From NCBI GenBank assembly GCA_016191335.1, contig JACPOW010000029.1, positions 1,354 through 65,353 of the forward strand: DNA of 64,000 nucleotides, given 5' to 3'. Shown in pieces: positions 54,211 through 62,600 of the stretch. This DNA is from Elusimicrobiota bacterium. GTDB taxonomy: Bacteria; Elusimicrobiota; Elusimicrobia; UBA1565; UBA9628. The notes below the pieces were generated by a model, which made no database searches, had not been told where the DNA came from, and saw nothing but the letters and a program-made list of their open reading frames with translations. Position numbers and translations under genes: made by a program. Each line of letters opens with the position of its first letter. The stretch's first letter is position 1.

Positions 54211-54823
54211 CCTTTTCGTCGCGCTGGCCCTCGGAGCCTTCATCGGCCTCGAGCGCGAGCTCAGCGACAAGGCCGCCGGGCTGCGCACCAACATCCTGAT
54301 CTGCGTGGGCTCCTGCCTGTTCGCGATCATCTCCCGCGACCTCGCGGCCGCCTCCGGGGCGGACATCACGCGCATCGCCGCGCAGATCGTCTCGGGCATC
54401 GGCTTCCTCGGCGCGGGCGCGATCATGCGCGAGGGCGAGCACGTCACCGGCCTGACCACGGCGGCGACGATCTGGGTCGTCGCCGCGATCGGCGTGGCCG
54501 TCGGCTTCCGCCTGTACTCGCTCGGCGCGGCGACCGCGATCGTCACCCTCGTCGTGCAGGGCGTGTTCCCGCACCTCGACACGATGATCGACGAGCTGCG
54601 CCAGCGGCACACCTTCAAGATCGCCTCGGACCTCGACGACGACGGCCTGGAGCAGATCAAGACCATCTTCCGCAACTCCGACGTCAAGGTCCTGCGCCGC
54701 AAGCTGATGAAGCGCGCGAACCTGTACTACAGCGAGTGGTACGTCGCCGGCCCGCGCCTCGAGCAGAAGAACGTCGTGCGCATGCTCCTCGACAACAAGC
54801 ACGTCCGGGAGCTCACCTACTAA
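54182..54823 (+). CDS. MgtC/SapB-family membrane protein
   Basis: IGLERE, AGLRT, RIAAQIVSGIGFLGAG, GLTTAATIW. Confidence 0.92.
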   Translation: MTSLDQDLLSLFVALALGAFIGLERELSDKAAGLRTNILICVGSCLFAIISRDLAAASGADITRIAAQIVSGIGFLGAGAIMREGEHVTGLTTAATIWVVAAIGVAVGFRLYSLGAATAIVTLVVQGVFPHLDTMIDELRQRHTFKIASDLDDDGLEQIKTIFRNSDVKVLRRKLMKRANLYYSEWYVAGPRLEQKNVVRMLLDNKHVRELTY

Positions 54824-54824
54824 A

Positions 54825-55865
54825 GTGGACGCGGCCAAGGTCCAGGCGGCCCTGACGGACCTCGGCCTGCCCAAGTTCCGCTGGGAGCAGGTGCGCCAGG
54901 CCGTCTTCGGCCAGGCCGTGTCCTCCTACGACGAGATCTCGGTCCTGCCGGCGGCGACGCGAGCCGCTTTGGCCGAGAAGGTGCCCCTGATGTGCGTGCG
55001 CGAGCGCCGCGTGGACGTCTCCGGCGACGGCCGCGCGCACAAGGCCCTGCTCGACCTGGCCGACGGCTCGGTCGTGGAGACCGTCCTGCTGCGGCCGAGC
55101 GAGACGCGCTGGACGACCTGCATCTCCTCGCAAGTCGGCTGCGCGGTCGCCTGCACCTTCTGCGCGACGGGCCTGATGGGCCTCAAGCGCAGCCTGACGC
55201 CGGAAGAAATAACGGACCAGGTCCTGTTCTGGCGCCAGTACATGGCCAAGAAGAAGCTCCCCGGCCGGCTCGACAACGTCGTGTACATGGGGATGGGGGA
55301 GCCCTTCGCCTGCTACGAGCAGGTCTCCGCGAGCCTGAAGGCGCTGCTCGACCAGAAGCAGTTCGCGATCGGCGCCCGCCACATCTCGGTCTCCACCTCG
55401 GGCGTCGCGCCGAAGATCGCGCTGTTCGGCAAGGACTTCCCGCAGGTGAACCTCGCGATCTCCCTGCACGCCGCGACCGACGACCTGCGCACCCGCCTCG
55501 TGCCGATGAACAAGGCCTTCGACCTGGCGGCGCTCGCCGCGGCGCTCAAGGAGTACATCGGCTCGACGAACCGCAAGATCTTCTTCGAATATGTCCTGCT
55601 GAAAGGAGAGAACGACCGCCCGCAGGACGCCGACGCGCTCGTGAAATGGCTCGACGGCGTCGGGCCGAAGGAGCTGCTGCACGTGAACCTCATCGTTTTC
55701 AACCAGACCGACACGCAGCACAAGCCGACCGAGGAGCGCGACGCCCGCGAGTTCCAGGCGCGCCTGCTCGCCGGCGGCTACAAGTCCACGGTGCGTCAGA
55801 ACCTCGGGCGCGACATCGACGGCGCCTGCGGGCAGCTGGTGGTATTGGAGAAGAAGGCCAAATGA
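54825..55865 (+). CDS. rlmN: 23S rRNA/tRNA adenine C2-methyltransferase (radical SAM)
   Basis: CISSQVGCAVACTFCATG, MGMGEP, STSG, AISLHA, DIDGACGQL. Confidence 0.93.
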   Translation: MDAAKVQAALTDLGLPKFRWEQVRQAVFGQAVSSYDEISVLPAATRAALAEKVPLMCVRERRVDVSGDGRAHKALLDLADGSVVETVLLRPSETRWTTCISSQVGCAVACTFCATGLMGLKRSLTPEEITDQVLFWRQYMAKKKLPGRLDNVVYMGMGEPFACYEQVSASLKALLDQKQFAIGARHISVSTSGVAPKIALFGKDFPQVNLAISLHAATDDLRTRLVPMNKAFDLAALAAALKEYIGSTNRKIFFEYVLLKGENDRPQDADALVKWLDGVGPKELLHVNLIVFNQTDTQHKPTEERDAREFQARLLAGGYKSTVRQNLGRDIDGACGQLVVLEKKAK

Positions 55866-56344
55866 GCGACGACTATCGAAAAGATCAGCCCCCGCGCGAT
55901 ATCCGCGATCGCCCGTCCCGCGCGCGCTACGACAAGGTCAAGTCGACCCTCGACCTCAAATGGCGCCGCCGCGCCCTGCAGAGCGAGCGCATGACGCGCG
56001 AGCTCGCCGACGCGCTCTGGGACGCCTTCGAGAACCCGTGGACCTGGTGCGGCTTCTGGCAGCTCCAGCCCGACGGCAAGGCCTTCCAGCCCGGCCCCGC
56101 GCGGCCCGAGTCCGACCGGGCCGCGATCCCCGTCGAGGGGGCCATCGCCGAGGCGCTGCGCACCGGCGACTCCAAGCCCGGCGGGACGACGATCTTCGTG
56201 CCCGTGTTCGACAAGAACATGCGCGTGTGGGCCGTGTTCGAGGCGCGCTCCTCGGTCGCCTTCGACGACATGGACGCGCGCTGGATCGAGCGGCTGTTCA
56301 AGCCCTTCCAGACGATCGAGAAGCTCCCGCCGCAGGCTCCCTGA
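55862..56344 (+). CDS. GAF-like hypothetical protein
   Basis: ATGA coupling; WTWCGFW, IFVPVFD, AFDDMDARWIE resemble a MsrC/YebR-type GAF. Confidence 0.55.
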   Translation: MSDDYRKDQPPRDIRDRPSRARYDKVKSTLDLKWRRRALQSERMTRELADALWDAFENPWTWCGFWQLQPDGKAFQPGPARPESDRAAIPVEGAIAEALRTGDSKPGGTTIFVPVFDKNMRVWAVFEARSSVAFDDMDARWIERLFKPFQTIEKLPPQAP

Positions 56345-56349
56345 CGCCG

Positions 56350-56769
56350 ATGACCCGCCCGCCCGGCGCGGCGCACGAGTACCCGTTCCAGATCCTGGAG
56401 CGGCATCTCGACGGCTTCGGCCACGTCAACAACGCGACCTACCTCGAGATCTTCGAGGAGGCCCGCTGGGACCTGATCACGCGCGGCGGCTTCGGGCTCG
56501 AGCAGGTCCGCGAGCGGATGATCGGGCCCGTGGTGCTCGCCGTGGACATGCGCTTCCACCGCGAGGCGGTCAACCGCGAGAGGGTCGTCATCAAGACTCG
56601 CTGCCTCGAGTACCGCGGCAAGGTCGGGCGCCTGGAGCAGGTCATGGAGCGCGCCGACGGCCTGCCCTCCTGCACCGCGGTGTTCACCTTCGGGCTCTTC
56701 GACCTGCGCGCGCGGCGCCTGCTGCGGCCGACGCCGGAGTGGCTCAAGGCCGTCGGCGCCGCGCCTTAA
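56350..56769 (+). CDS. Acyl-CoA thioesterase (4HBT/YbgC-like hot-dog fold)
   Basis: LDGFGHVNNATYLEIFEEAR. Confidence 0.88.
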   Translation: MTRPPGAAHEYPFQILERHLDGFGHVNNATYLEIFEEARWDLITRGGFGLEQVRERMIGPVVLAVDMRFHREAVNRERVVIKTRCLEYRGKVGRLEQVMERADGLPSCTAVFTFGLFDLRARRLLRPTPEWLKAVGAAP

Positions 56770-58430
56770 GAGAAGAAGAGCACGAGCAGCTGCGCGCTGA
56801 GTATGCGCAGGATCATCACCGTCGGATACACGGCCGCGTAGGCGATGGACGGGGCGTTGGACGCCGCGATGGAGTTGGCGAAGCCCAGGGCCGGCGGGTC
56901 GGTCATGCTCCCGGCGAGCAGGCCGCACAGGCTCATGTAGTCGAGGCCCATCAGGCGGCGCCCGGCCCAGCCCACGATCAGGAGGGGCACGAGAGTGATG
57001 GCGGCGCCGAGGAGCATCCAGGACAGCCCGGGGCCCTGGACGAGGACCTTCACGAAGCTGTCCCCGGCGTGCAGGCCGACGCAGGCCAGGAACAGGACGA
57101 TGCCCATCTCGCGCAGGACCAGGTTGGAGCTGCGGGGCAGGTGCCAGGTGACCGCGCCTATGTTGCCGAGCCGGCTGAGCAGGATGGCGACGATCAAAGG
57201 CCCGCCGGCCGAGCCCAGGCGGATCGGCGTGGGCAGGCCCGGGAGGGGGATGGGCCAGTGGCCCAGCAGCACGCCCAGCGCGATGCCCACGAAGACGGGC
57301 AGGATCTGCGGATGGCCGATCTTCTCGAGCGAGTTGCCGAGGAAGCGCTCGACCGCGGCCAGGTCGTCGGGTTCGCCCACGACCAGGAGCTGGTCGCCGT
57401 ACTGGAGCTCGAGGTCCGGGCTCGGCACGAAGGCGACGTCGGGCCGCTGCAGGCGGGCCACGGCCACGCCGTGGAGCATCTGGACCTCGCCGACGCTTCG
57501 CCCGAGCGCGTCGCGGCGGGTGACCACGAGCTTGCGGCTGAGCAGGTTGGTCGAGATCGCCTTGAGGTCCTTGTCCGACTCGGGGCCGATGAGGACGCGC
57601 AGCTCCTCCAGGGCCGCGGAGCGCCCCACGACGCGGACCGAGTCCCCCGTGCGCAGGACCGTGCCGGGCACGGCGACGTCGACCTTCCCGTCGTGGAGCA
57701 CGCGCGTGATGACGGCCTTGGCCGCGTGCAGCTGGGGGATGGCCTTGATCTCCAGGCCGTCGAGGTTGGGGTTCTGGACCCGGAGGTTCATCGCCACCGG
57801 GGCGTCGGCGTCCTTGTGCTGCCTCTCGAGGAAGGCCTTGGCCTCGGCCGCGGGGTCGACGCGGAAGACGCGCTTGAAGACCAGCATCGCGACGATGATG
57901 CCGAGTATGCCGAAGGGGTAGGCGACGGCGTAGCCCAGGCCCGGGAGCTTGGTGCTCTCGGGCGGGAGCCCGCTCATCGAGCTCATCGCCTGCTGGGCCG
58001 CGGCCAACGCGGGCGTGTTGGTGGTCGCGCCGGAGAACAGGCCCACGGCCAGCGGCATCTCCACGCCCTTGACGAGGATCGCCGCGACGGTCAGCCCCAC
58101 GCCGAGCAGGACCACGGCCGCGGCGAGGAGGTTGAGCTTGAGCCCCTGGCGCTTGAGCGAGGCGGCGAACCCCGGGCCGACCTCGAGGCCGACGGAGTAC
58201 ACGAACAGGATGAGGCCGAAGTCCCGCACGAAAAGCATCACCTGGGGGTCGAGCGTCGCGCCGAGATGAGCGGTGGCGATGCCCGCGAACAGCACGCCCG
58301 CGATGCCGAGGCGCACGCCGCGCGCGCTGAGGTTGCCCAAGGTCAGCCCCGAGGCGATGACCAGGCACAGGACCAGGAAGTCCCGGGCGACCGATTCCAG
58401 GCTGAGATAGGAGAAGAAGGAGGTCAGCAC
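56766..58430 (-). CDS. AspT/YidE/YbjL-family antiporter with TrkA-C domains
   Basis: FGLILFVYSVG..VGPGF, SGATTNTPAL, YAVAYPFG, AGGPL, AGSMTDPPAL, YAAVYP; GTG start 6 nt after TATCCT. Confidence 0.9.
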   Translation of the reverse strand: MLTSFFSYLSLESVARDFLVLCLVIASGLTLGNLSARGVRLGIAGVLFAGIATAHLGATLDPQVMLFVRDFGLILFVYSVGLEVGPGFAASLKRQGLKLNLLAAAVVLLGVGLTVAAILVKGVEMPLAVGLFSGATTNTPALAAAQQAMSSMSGLPPESTKLPGLGYAVAYPFGILGIIVAMLVFKRVFRVDPAAEAKAFLERQHKDADAPVAMNLRVQNPNLDGLEIKAIPQLHAAKAVITRVLHDGKVDVAVPGTVLRTGDSVRVVGRSAALEELRVLIGPESDKDLKAISTNLLSRKLVVTRRDALGRSVGEVQMLHGVAVARLQRPDVAFVPSPDLELQYGDQLLVVGEPDDLAAVERFLGNSLEKIGHPQILPVFVGIALGVLLGHWPIPLPGLPTPIRLGSAGGPLIVAILLSRLGNIGAVTWHLPRSSNLVLREMGIVLFLACVGLHAGDSFVKVLVQGPGLSWMLLGAAITLVPLLIVGWAGRRLMGLDYMSLCGLLAGSMTDPPALGFANSIAASNAPSIAYAAVYPTVMILRILSAQLLVLFFS

Positions 58431-58691
58431 CCTCCGAGGATACGAAAGTAGGGGGGGAAGGCCCATGACCTTGCTCAAGTCCGGGAGCCGTAAAATGGCC
58501 CGCCCGGGGCCGTATAGGTCCCGGGCGGGCGCTCCTGGTGGGGTCGACGCGAGCTGTTGTCGTTCGAGAGAGCCTTACCGTCGCGTCTTGGGAACATGAT
58601 AGCCGGACCTCGTTACTGATTTATTTCGGGCTCATTAAATTCACGCGCCGGGCCGTGGAAGATTCGGGAAGGATAAGCCATACTAATGGGG

Positions 58692-59534
58692 ATGAGACTG
58701 GCGCTCACGCTGAGCCTGCTTCCGGCCCTCGCGCTCCTGTCGAGCTGCGGCGAGGTCACGGTCCGCACCGACATCCCGTCGGCCTACGGCGCGCCGGCCC
58801 CCGGCACCTCGCCGCTGGCTCCCGGCGAGACGCGCCTGGATCCCGCGATCTCCAACGCGCTGATCCGGCTCGCCGAGGACCGCCGCAGCCTCAAGCGCGA
58901 CCTGACCAAGATCGAGGGCACCCCGGTCGCCGACATCCTGACCGTCGGATCCCCCATCGGCTACGGCCTCAGGAACCGCTTCCTCAACGTCGGCATCCCG
59001 CTCGGCGAAGCGTTCGCCAACAGCACCGACCCCGCCTTCCGCGCCCAGCTGCTCGAGCTCTCCCGCTGGGACCGCGACGGCGAGTCGCGCGCCGCCGCGC
59101 TGATCGCGCTGGCGCGCACGCACGACCTCAAGTACCTCCAGGTGTTCAACGAGGCGCTGATCCATCTCGACCCCGCGGTGCGCTTCGGCGCCCTCGAGGC
59201 GCTCGTCGTCTTCGAGCACCCCCGCGAGGCGATGCCGCTGCTGGCCGCCGCCTCGGAGCGCGACACCGAGCCCCTGCTGCGCGTCTACGCCGCCGCCGGC
59301 CTCGCCCGCATGGGGGACGTCGCGGGGCTGCACCGCGTGCGCTCCTTCCTCGACAACCCCTCCTGGGTGGTCAAGGCTCTCGCCGCGAAGTACCTGGGCG
59401 AGCTCGGCACCGCCGAGGACTACGACCTGCTGCTGCGCCGCGTCGACGGAGAGGTCGGCAACGACTTCGTCGTCGCCGAGTTCTGCGTCTCGGCGCTGAA
59501 GCTGTGGCCGAAGAAGAAGGCGGCCGGCAAATGA
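58692..59534 (+). CDS. HEAT-repeat lipoprotein
   Basis: Lipobox LSSC; HEAT repeats (AVRFGALEAL, LRVYAAAGL, VKALAAKYLG). Start may be 58686. Confidence 0.78.
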   Translation: MRLALTLSLLPALALLSSCGEVTVRTDIPSAYGAPAPGTSPLAPGETRLDPAISNALIRLAEDRRSLKRDLTKIEGTPVADILTVGSPIGYGLRNRFLNVGIPLGEAFANSTDPAFRAQLLELSRWDRDGESRAAALIALARTHDLKYLQVFNEALIHLDPAVRFGALEALVVFEHPREAMPLLAAASERDTEPLLRVYAAAGLARMGDVAGLHRVRSFLDNPSWVVKALAAKYLGELGTAEDYDLLLRRVDGEVGNDFVVAEFCVSALKLWPKKKAAGK

Positions 59535-60370
59535 ACAAGATACTGCTCGCCGCCCTGCTCGCCCTGACCGCGGCCTCCGCCGTCGCCGCGCCGCTGCCCG
59601 TGAACCTCGGCGCCGACTCCGGCACCTTGTTCTCCCTCGAGCCGCTGACGATCACCGCCCCGCGCGTCAAGCAGGAGGACCTGATCGACCCGCGCATCAA
59701 CGCGCACCTGATCCGCCTCCTGCAGCAGCGCATGGACGCGCGCCCCGACACCCTCGCCTCGAGCGACGCCTCGCTGTTCAACCTCGCGCGCCTGTCCACC
59801 TTGACCGGCTACTCCCTCAAGACGCGCTACACCGAGCTCGGCTTCCTGCTCACCGAGGGCCTCGCCGGCACGAAGGACTACCAGCTCCAGCGCGAGCTGG
59901 AGAACGCGGCGCGCCTGGCCAAGAACGTGCAGACGCGCGCCGCCGCCCTCGTCGCGCTCGCCTACGCCAAGGACATGCGCTACCTGAGCCTGTTCCAGGG
60001 CGCGCTCAACGACCGCAGCGTGACCGTGCGCTTCGCCGCGCTTGAGTCGCTGCTGATCCTCGGCGACCCCTCGATCCAGCTCCAGCTCGGCGGCGCGGCG
60101 CGCAACGACCAGTCGGTCGCCGTCCAGATCTACGCCGCGGCCGGGATGTGGCGCAAGGGGGACAGCTTCGGCAAGGAGATCCTGCTGCGCTTCCTCGACC
60201 ATCAGGACTGGTTCGCCCGCGCGATGGCGGCCTACTACCTCGGCGAGATGGGCGGCGGCTACGAGTACCGCCGCATGACGCAGTACCTCGAGCGCGAGAC
60301 CGATCCCTCGACGAAGGCGGAGCTGGCCACCGCGCTCATGAAACTCCACCCGAAAAAGGACGAGAATTGA
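59531..60370 (+). CDS. Secreted HEAT-repeat protein, paralog of the preceding gene
   Basis: ATGA coupling, signal peptide; TVRFAALESL, VQIYAAAGM, ARAMAAYYLG. Confidence 0.78.
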   Translation: MNKILLAALLALTAASAVAAPLPVNLGADSGTLFSLEPLTITAPRVKQEDLIDPRINAHLIRLLQQRMDARPDTLASSDASLFNLARLSTLTGYSLKTRYTELGFLLTEGLAGTKDYQLQRELENAARLAKNVQTRAAALVALAYAKDMRYLSLFQGALNDRSVTVRFAALESLLILGDPSIQLQLGGAARNDQSVAVQIYAAAGMWRKGDSFGKEILLRFLDHQDWFARAMAAYYLGEMGGGYEYRRMTQYLERETDPSTKAELATALMKLHPKKDEN

Positions 60371-60960
60371 ACAACAGCCCCTTGATGGCGTTGGCGCTCA
60401 CCGGCGGCGGCTGGGTCATCTGGGCCCTGATCGTCAGCTCGATCGGCGGCGTCGCCGTGGCCTACGACCGCTGGAACCTGCTTAAGGAAGAATCGAAGGC
60501 GCTCGCGGCCCTGCGCCCCGTCTTCCTCGCCGCGCTCGCCGCGGGAGACCACGACGCGGCCGACAAGGCCGTCAAGTCCAACCCCGGCGCCGCCTCCCGC
60601 GTGCTCTCCGAGCCGGAGAACCTGCAGGCCGCCCTGTCCGACGAGAAGCGCCACCTCGAGGGCCGCCTGCTGTGGCTCGGCACGCTCGGCAACAACGCCC
60701 CGTTCGTCGGCCTGTTCGGCACCGTGCTCGGCGTCATCAAGGCCTTCCACGACCTGGCCGAGTCCGGCGCGGGACCCGAGGTCGTCATGGCCGGCCTCTC
60801 CGAGGCGCTCGTCGCCACCGCCGTCGGCCTGCTCGTCGCCATCCCGAGCGTGCTCGCCTTCAACTTCCTGCAGAAGAAGATGCGCGACCTGCTCTCCGAG
60901 ACGGAGGCGCTCGGCCTGCGCTACTCCGCGGTCCGGGCTCACCATGCACGCCACCGATGA
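60367..60960 (+). CDS. exbB: MotA/TolQ/ExbB proton channel
   Basis: [42 protein letters not shown]; start TTG 60367 or ATG 60385. Confidence 0.9.
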   Translation: MNNSPLMALALTGGGWVIWALIVSSIGGVAVAYDRWNLLKEESKALAALRPVFLAALAAGDHDAADKAVKSNPGAASRVLSEPENLQAALSDEKRHLEGRLLWLGTLGNNAPFVGLFGTVLGVIKAFHDLAESGAGPEVVMAGLSEALVATAVGLLVAIPSVLAFNFLQKKMRDLLSETEALGLRYSAVRAHHARHR

Positions 60961-61345
60961 CGCCGACGGCCCCATAACCGGGATCAACGTCACCCCGCTG
61001 GTCGACGTCGTGCTCGTCGTCCTCATCATCTTCATGGCCACCGCCCCGATGATCGCCCGCCGCGCGATCAAGGTCGAGGTCCCCAAGGTCTCCAAGTCGG
61101 ACAAGACCGCGACGGAGGCCATCGCCGTCGCCCTGGACGGCAAGCGCCAGCTCACCTTGGCGGGCAAGCCCGCGACGCTCGACGAGTTGAAGAAGATGCT
61201 GTCGGCCGCGATCGCGCTCAAGCCCGACCAGGCCGTCACCCTCTCCGCCGATAAGACCTTGCCCTACGGCGAGATCGCCGAGCTGCTCGACGCGGTTCGC
61301 ACCGCCGGGGTCAAGAAGGTCGGGCTGGAGGTGCGCCGCAAGTGA
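60944..61345 (+). CDS. exbD: ExbD/TolR biopolymer transport protein
   Basis: [26 protein letters not shown]. Confidence 0.92.
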   Translation: MHATDDADGPITGINVTPLVDVVLVVLIIFMATAPMIARRAIKVEVPKVSKSDKTATEAIAVALDGKRQLTLAGKPATLDELKKMLSAAIALKPDQAVTLSADKTLPYGEIAELLDAVRTAGVKKVGLEVRRK

Positions 61346-62097
61346 CGACGGCCCACCGCAAGCGCGCGCCCTCCCCGCCCCCGCTCCGGCGGTCGGTCGC
61401 GATGTCCGCGGGCATGCACGCCTTGTTCTTCGCGGCGCTGTGGCTCCTGCCGCACCTCAGCTTCGACTCCCCGCCCCCGTTCGAGGTCGAGATCACCAGC
61501 CCCTTCCTCGGCGACGGCCCCGCGAAGCTGGGCGCCCCCAAGGCCTTCGTGCCCGGCATCCCCGCGAAGGTCAACGTGACGCCCGACGTCCCCGTCCCGC
61601 CCAAGCCCGTGGAGAAGGCTCCCGAGCCGCCCAAGGACTGGACCTTGCCCGGGCCGAGCACCAAGGTCGTCGAGACCCCCGCGCCCGTCGCTCCCACGCC
61701 CGGCGGCGAGGTCGGCGGCACCGGCACGGCGGCCAAGACCGGCGGCTCCGGCGAGGGCTCCGACGAGGGCGTGCCCGGCGGCACCGGCCACGGCGGCACG
61801 CCCCTCAAGGAGCTGCCGCACCTGCTCAACCGCGACGAGGTGCTGGCCGGCCTCAAGCGCCTTTATCCCGAGAGCGAGCGTCAGGCCGGCCGCGAGGGCG
61901 CGGTCGTCATCATGATCCACCTCGGCACCGACGGCCTGGTGTCCTCGTCGGACATCACCCGCGCCGCCAGCCCCGCCTTCGACGCCGCCGCCCAGAAGGT
62001 CGGCGCCCTCATGCGCTTCTCTCCCGCCATCGGCCTGAACGGGAAACCGGTGCCGGTCCGCATGCCCCAGGAAGTCCGCTTCCGCCTCACCGACTGA
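61342..62097 (+). CDS. tonB: TonB-family energy transducer
   Basis: TM with SxxxH (SAGMH), Pro-rich spacer, YPESERQAGREG..FDAAA..RFSPA..GKPV. Confidence 0.88.
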   Translation: MTTAHRKRAPSPPPLRRSVAMSAGMHALFFAALWLLPHLSFDSPPPFEVEITSPFLGDGPAKLGAPKAFVPGIPAKVNVTPDVPVPPKPVEKAPEPPKDWTLPGPSTKVVETPAPVAPTPGGEVGGTGTAAKTGGSGEGSDEGVPGGTGHGGTPLKELPHLLNRDEVLAGLKRLYPESERQAGREGAVVIMIHLGTDGLVSSSDITRAASPAFDAAAQKVGALMRFSPAIGLNGKPVPVRMPQEVRFRLTD

Positions 62098-62105
62098 TCG
62101 GAATC

Positions 62106-62163
62106 GGTGTCAGGCTTGTCGTTCTTTGCATAAGGTTATGCAAAGAACGACAAGCCTGACACC
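62106..62163. repeat. 58-bp perfect palindrome (REP-like), sister of 27786-27843
   Basis: GGTGTCAGGCTTGTCGTTCTTTGCATAA-GG-TTATGCAAAGAACGACAAGCCTGACACC. Confidence 0.92.
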
Positions 62164-62178
62164 ATTTCGGGAGACGGA

Positions 62179-62600
62179 TTAGGGGCGCTGGAGCTCGTAG
62201 ACGACGGTGGGGTCGGGGGAGCCGTCGGGCTTGGTGCGCTCGAGGCGGCCGACGAGCTTGGCGCCGATCTTCTCCAGGGCGCGGCGGGAGCGGAGGTTGT
62301 TCGGGCCGACATGGAAGAGCACGCGGCGTACCGCGAAGAAAGCGTGGTCGAGCATCGTGAACTTCAGCTCGCGGTTGTAGCTCCCGCCCCAGTAGGCGCG
62401 CGTCAGGAAGGTGAAGCCGATGCAGACGGAGTCCTTTCCCTCCAGGTCGTAGTAGCGCGAGGTGCCGACGATCTTGCCCGTCGCCTTGTCGATGACCGCC
62501 AGCGCGCCGCGCGACTTGAGGGCGCGGTCGAAGAACTCCTCGAAGACCTTGAGCTCGTGGCGGTTCGGCGCGGGCCTTCGAGGACGGGCTGCAGCTCCAT
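62179..62600 (-). pseudogene. RimJ/RimL-type GNAT acetyltransferase disrupted near the 5' end
   Basis: MELQPVLEGP in one frame; PAPNRHELKVFEEFF..IVGTSRYY..IGFTFLTRAYWGGSYNRELK..HVGPNNLRSRRALEKIGA in another. Confidence 0.7.

Noticed and set aside
58480-58690. Cobalamin riboswitch or Fur box upstream of the TonB operon
   Set aside because: No B12-box or convincing Fur palindrome could be identified.
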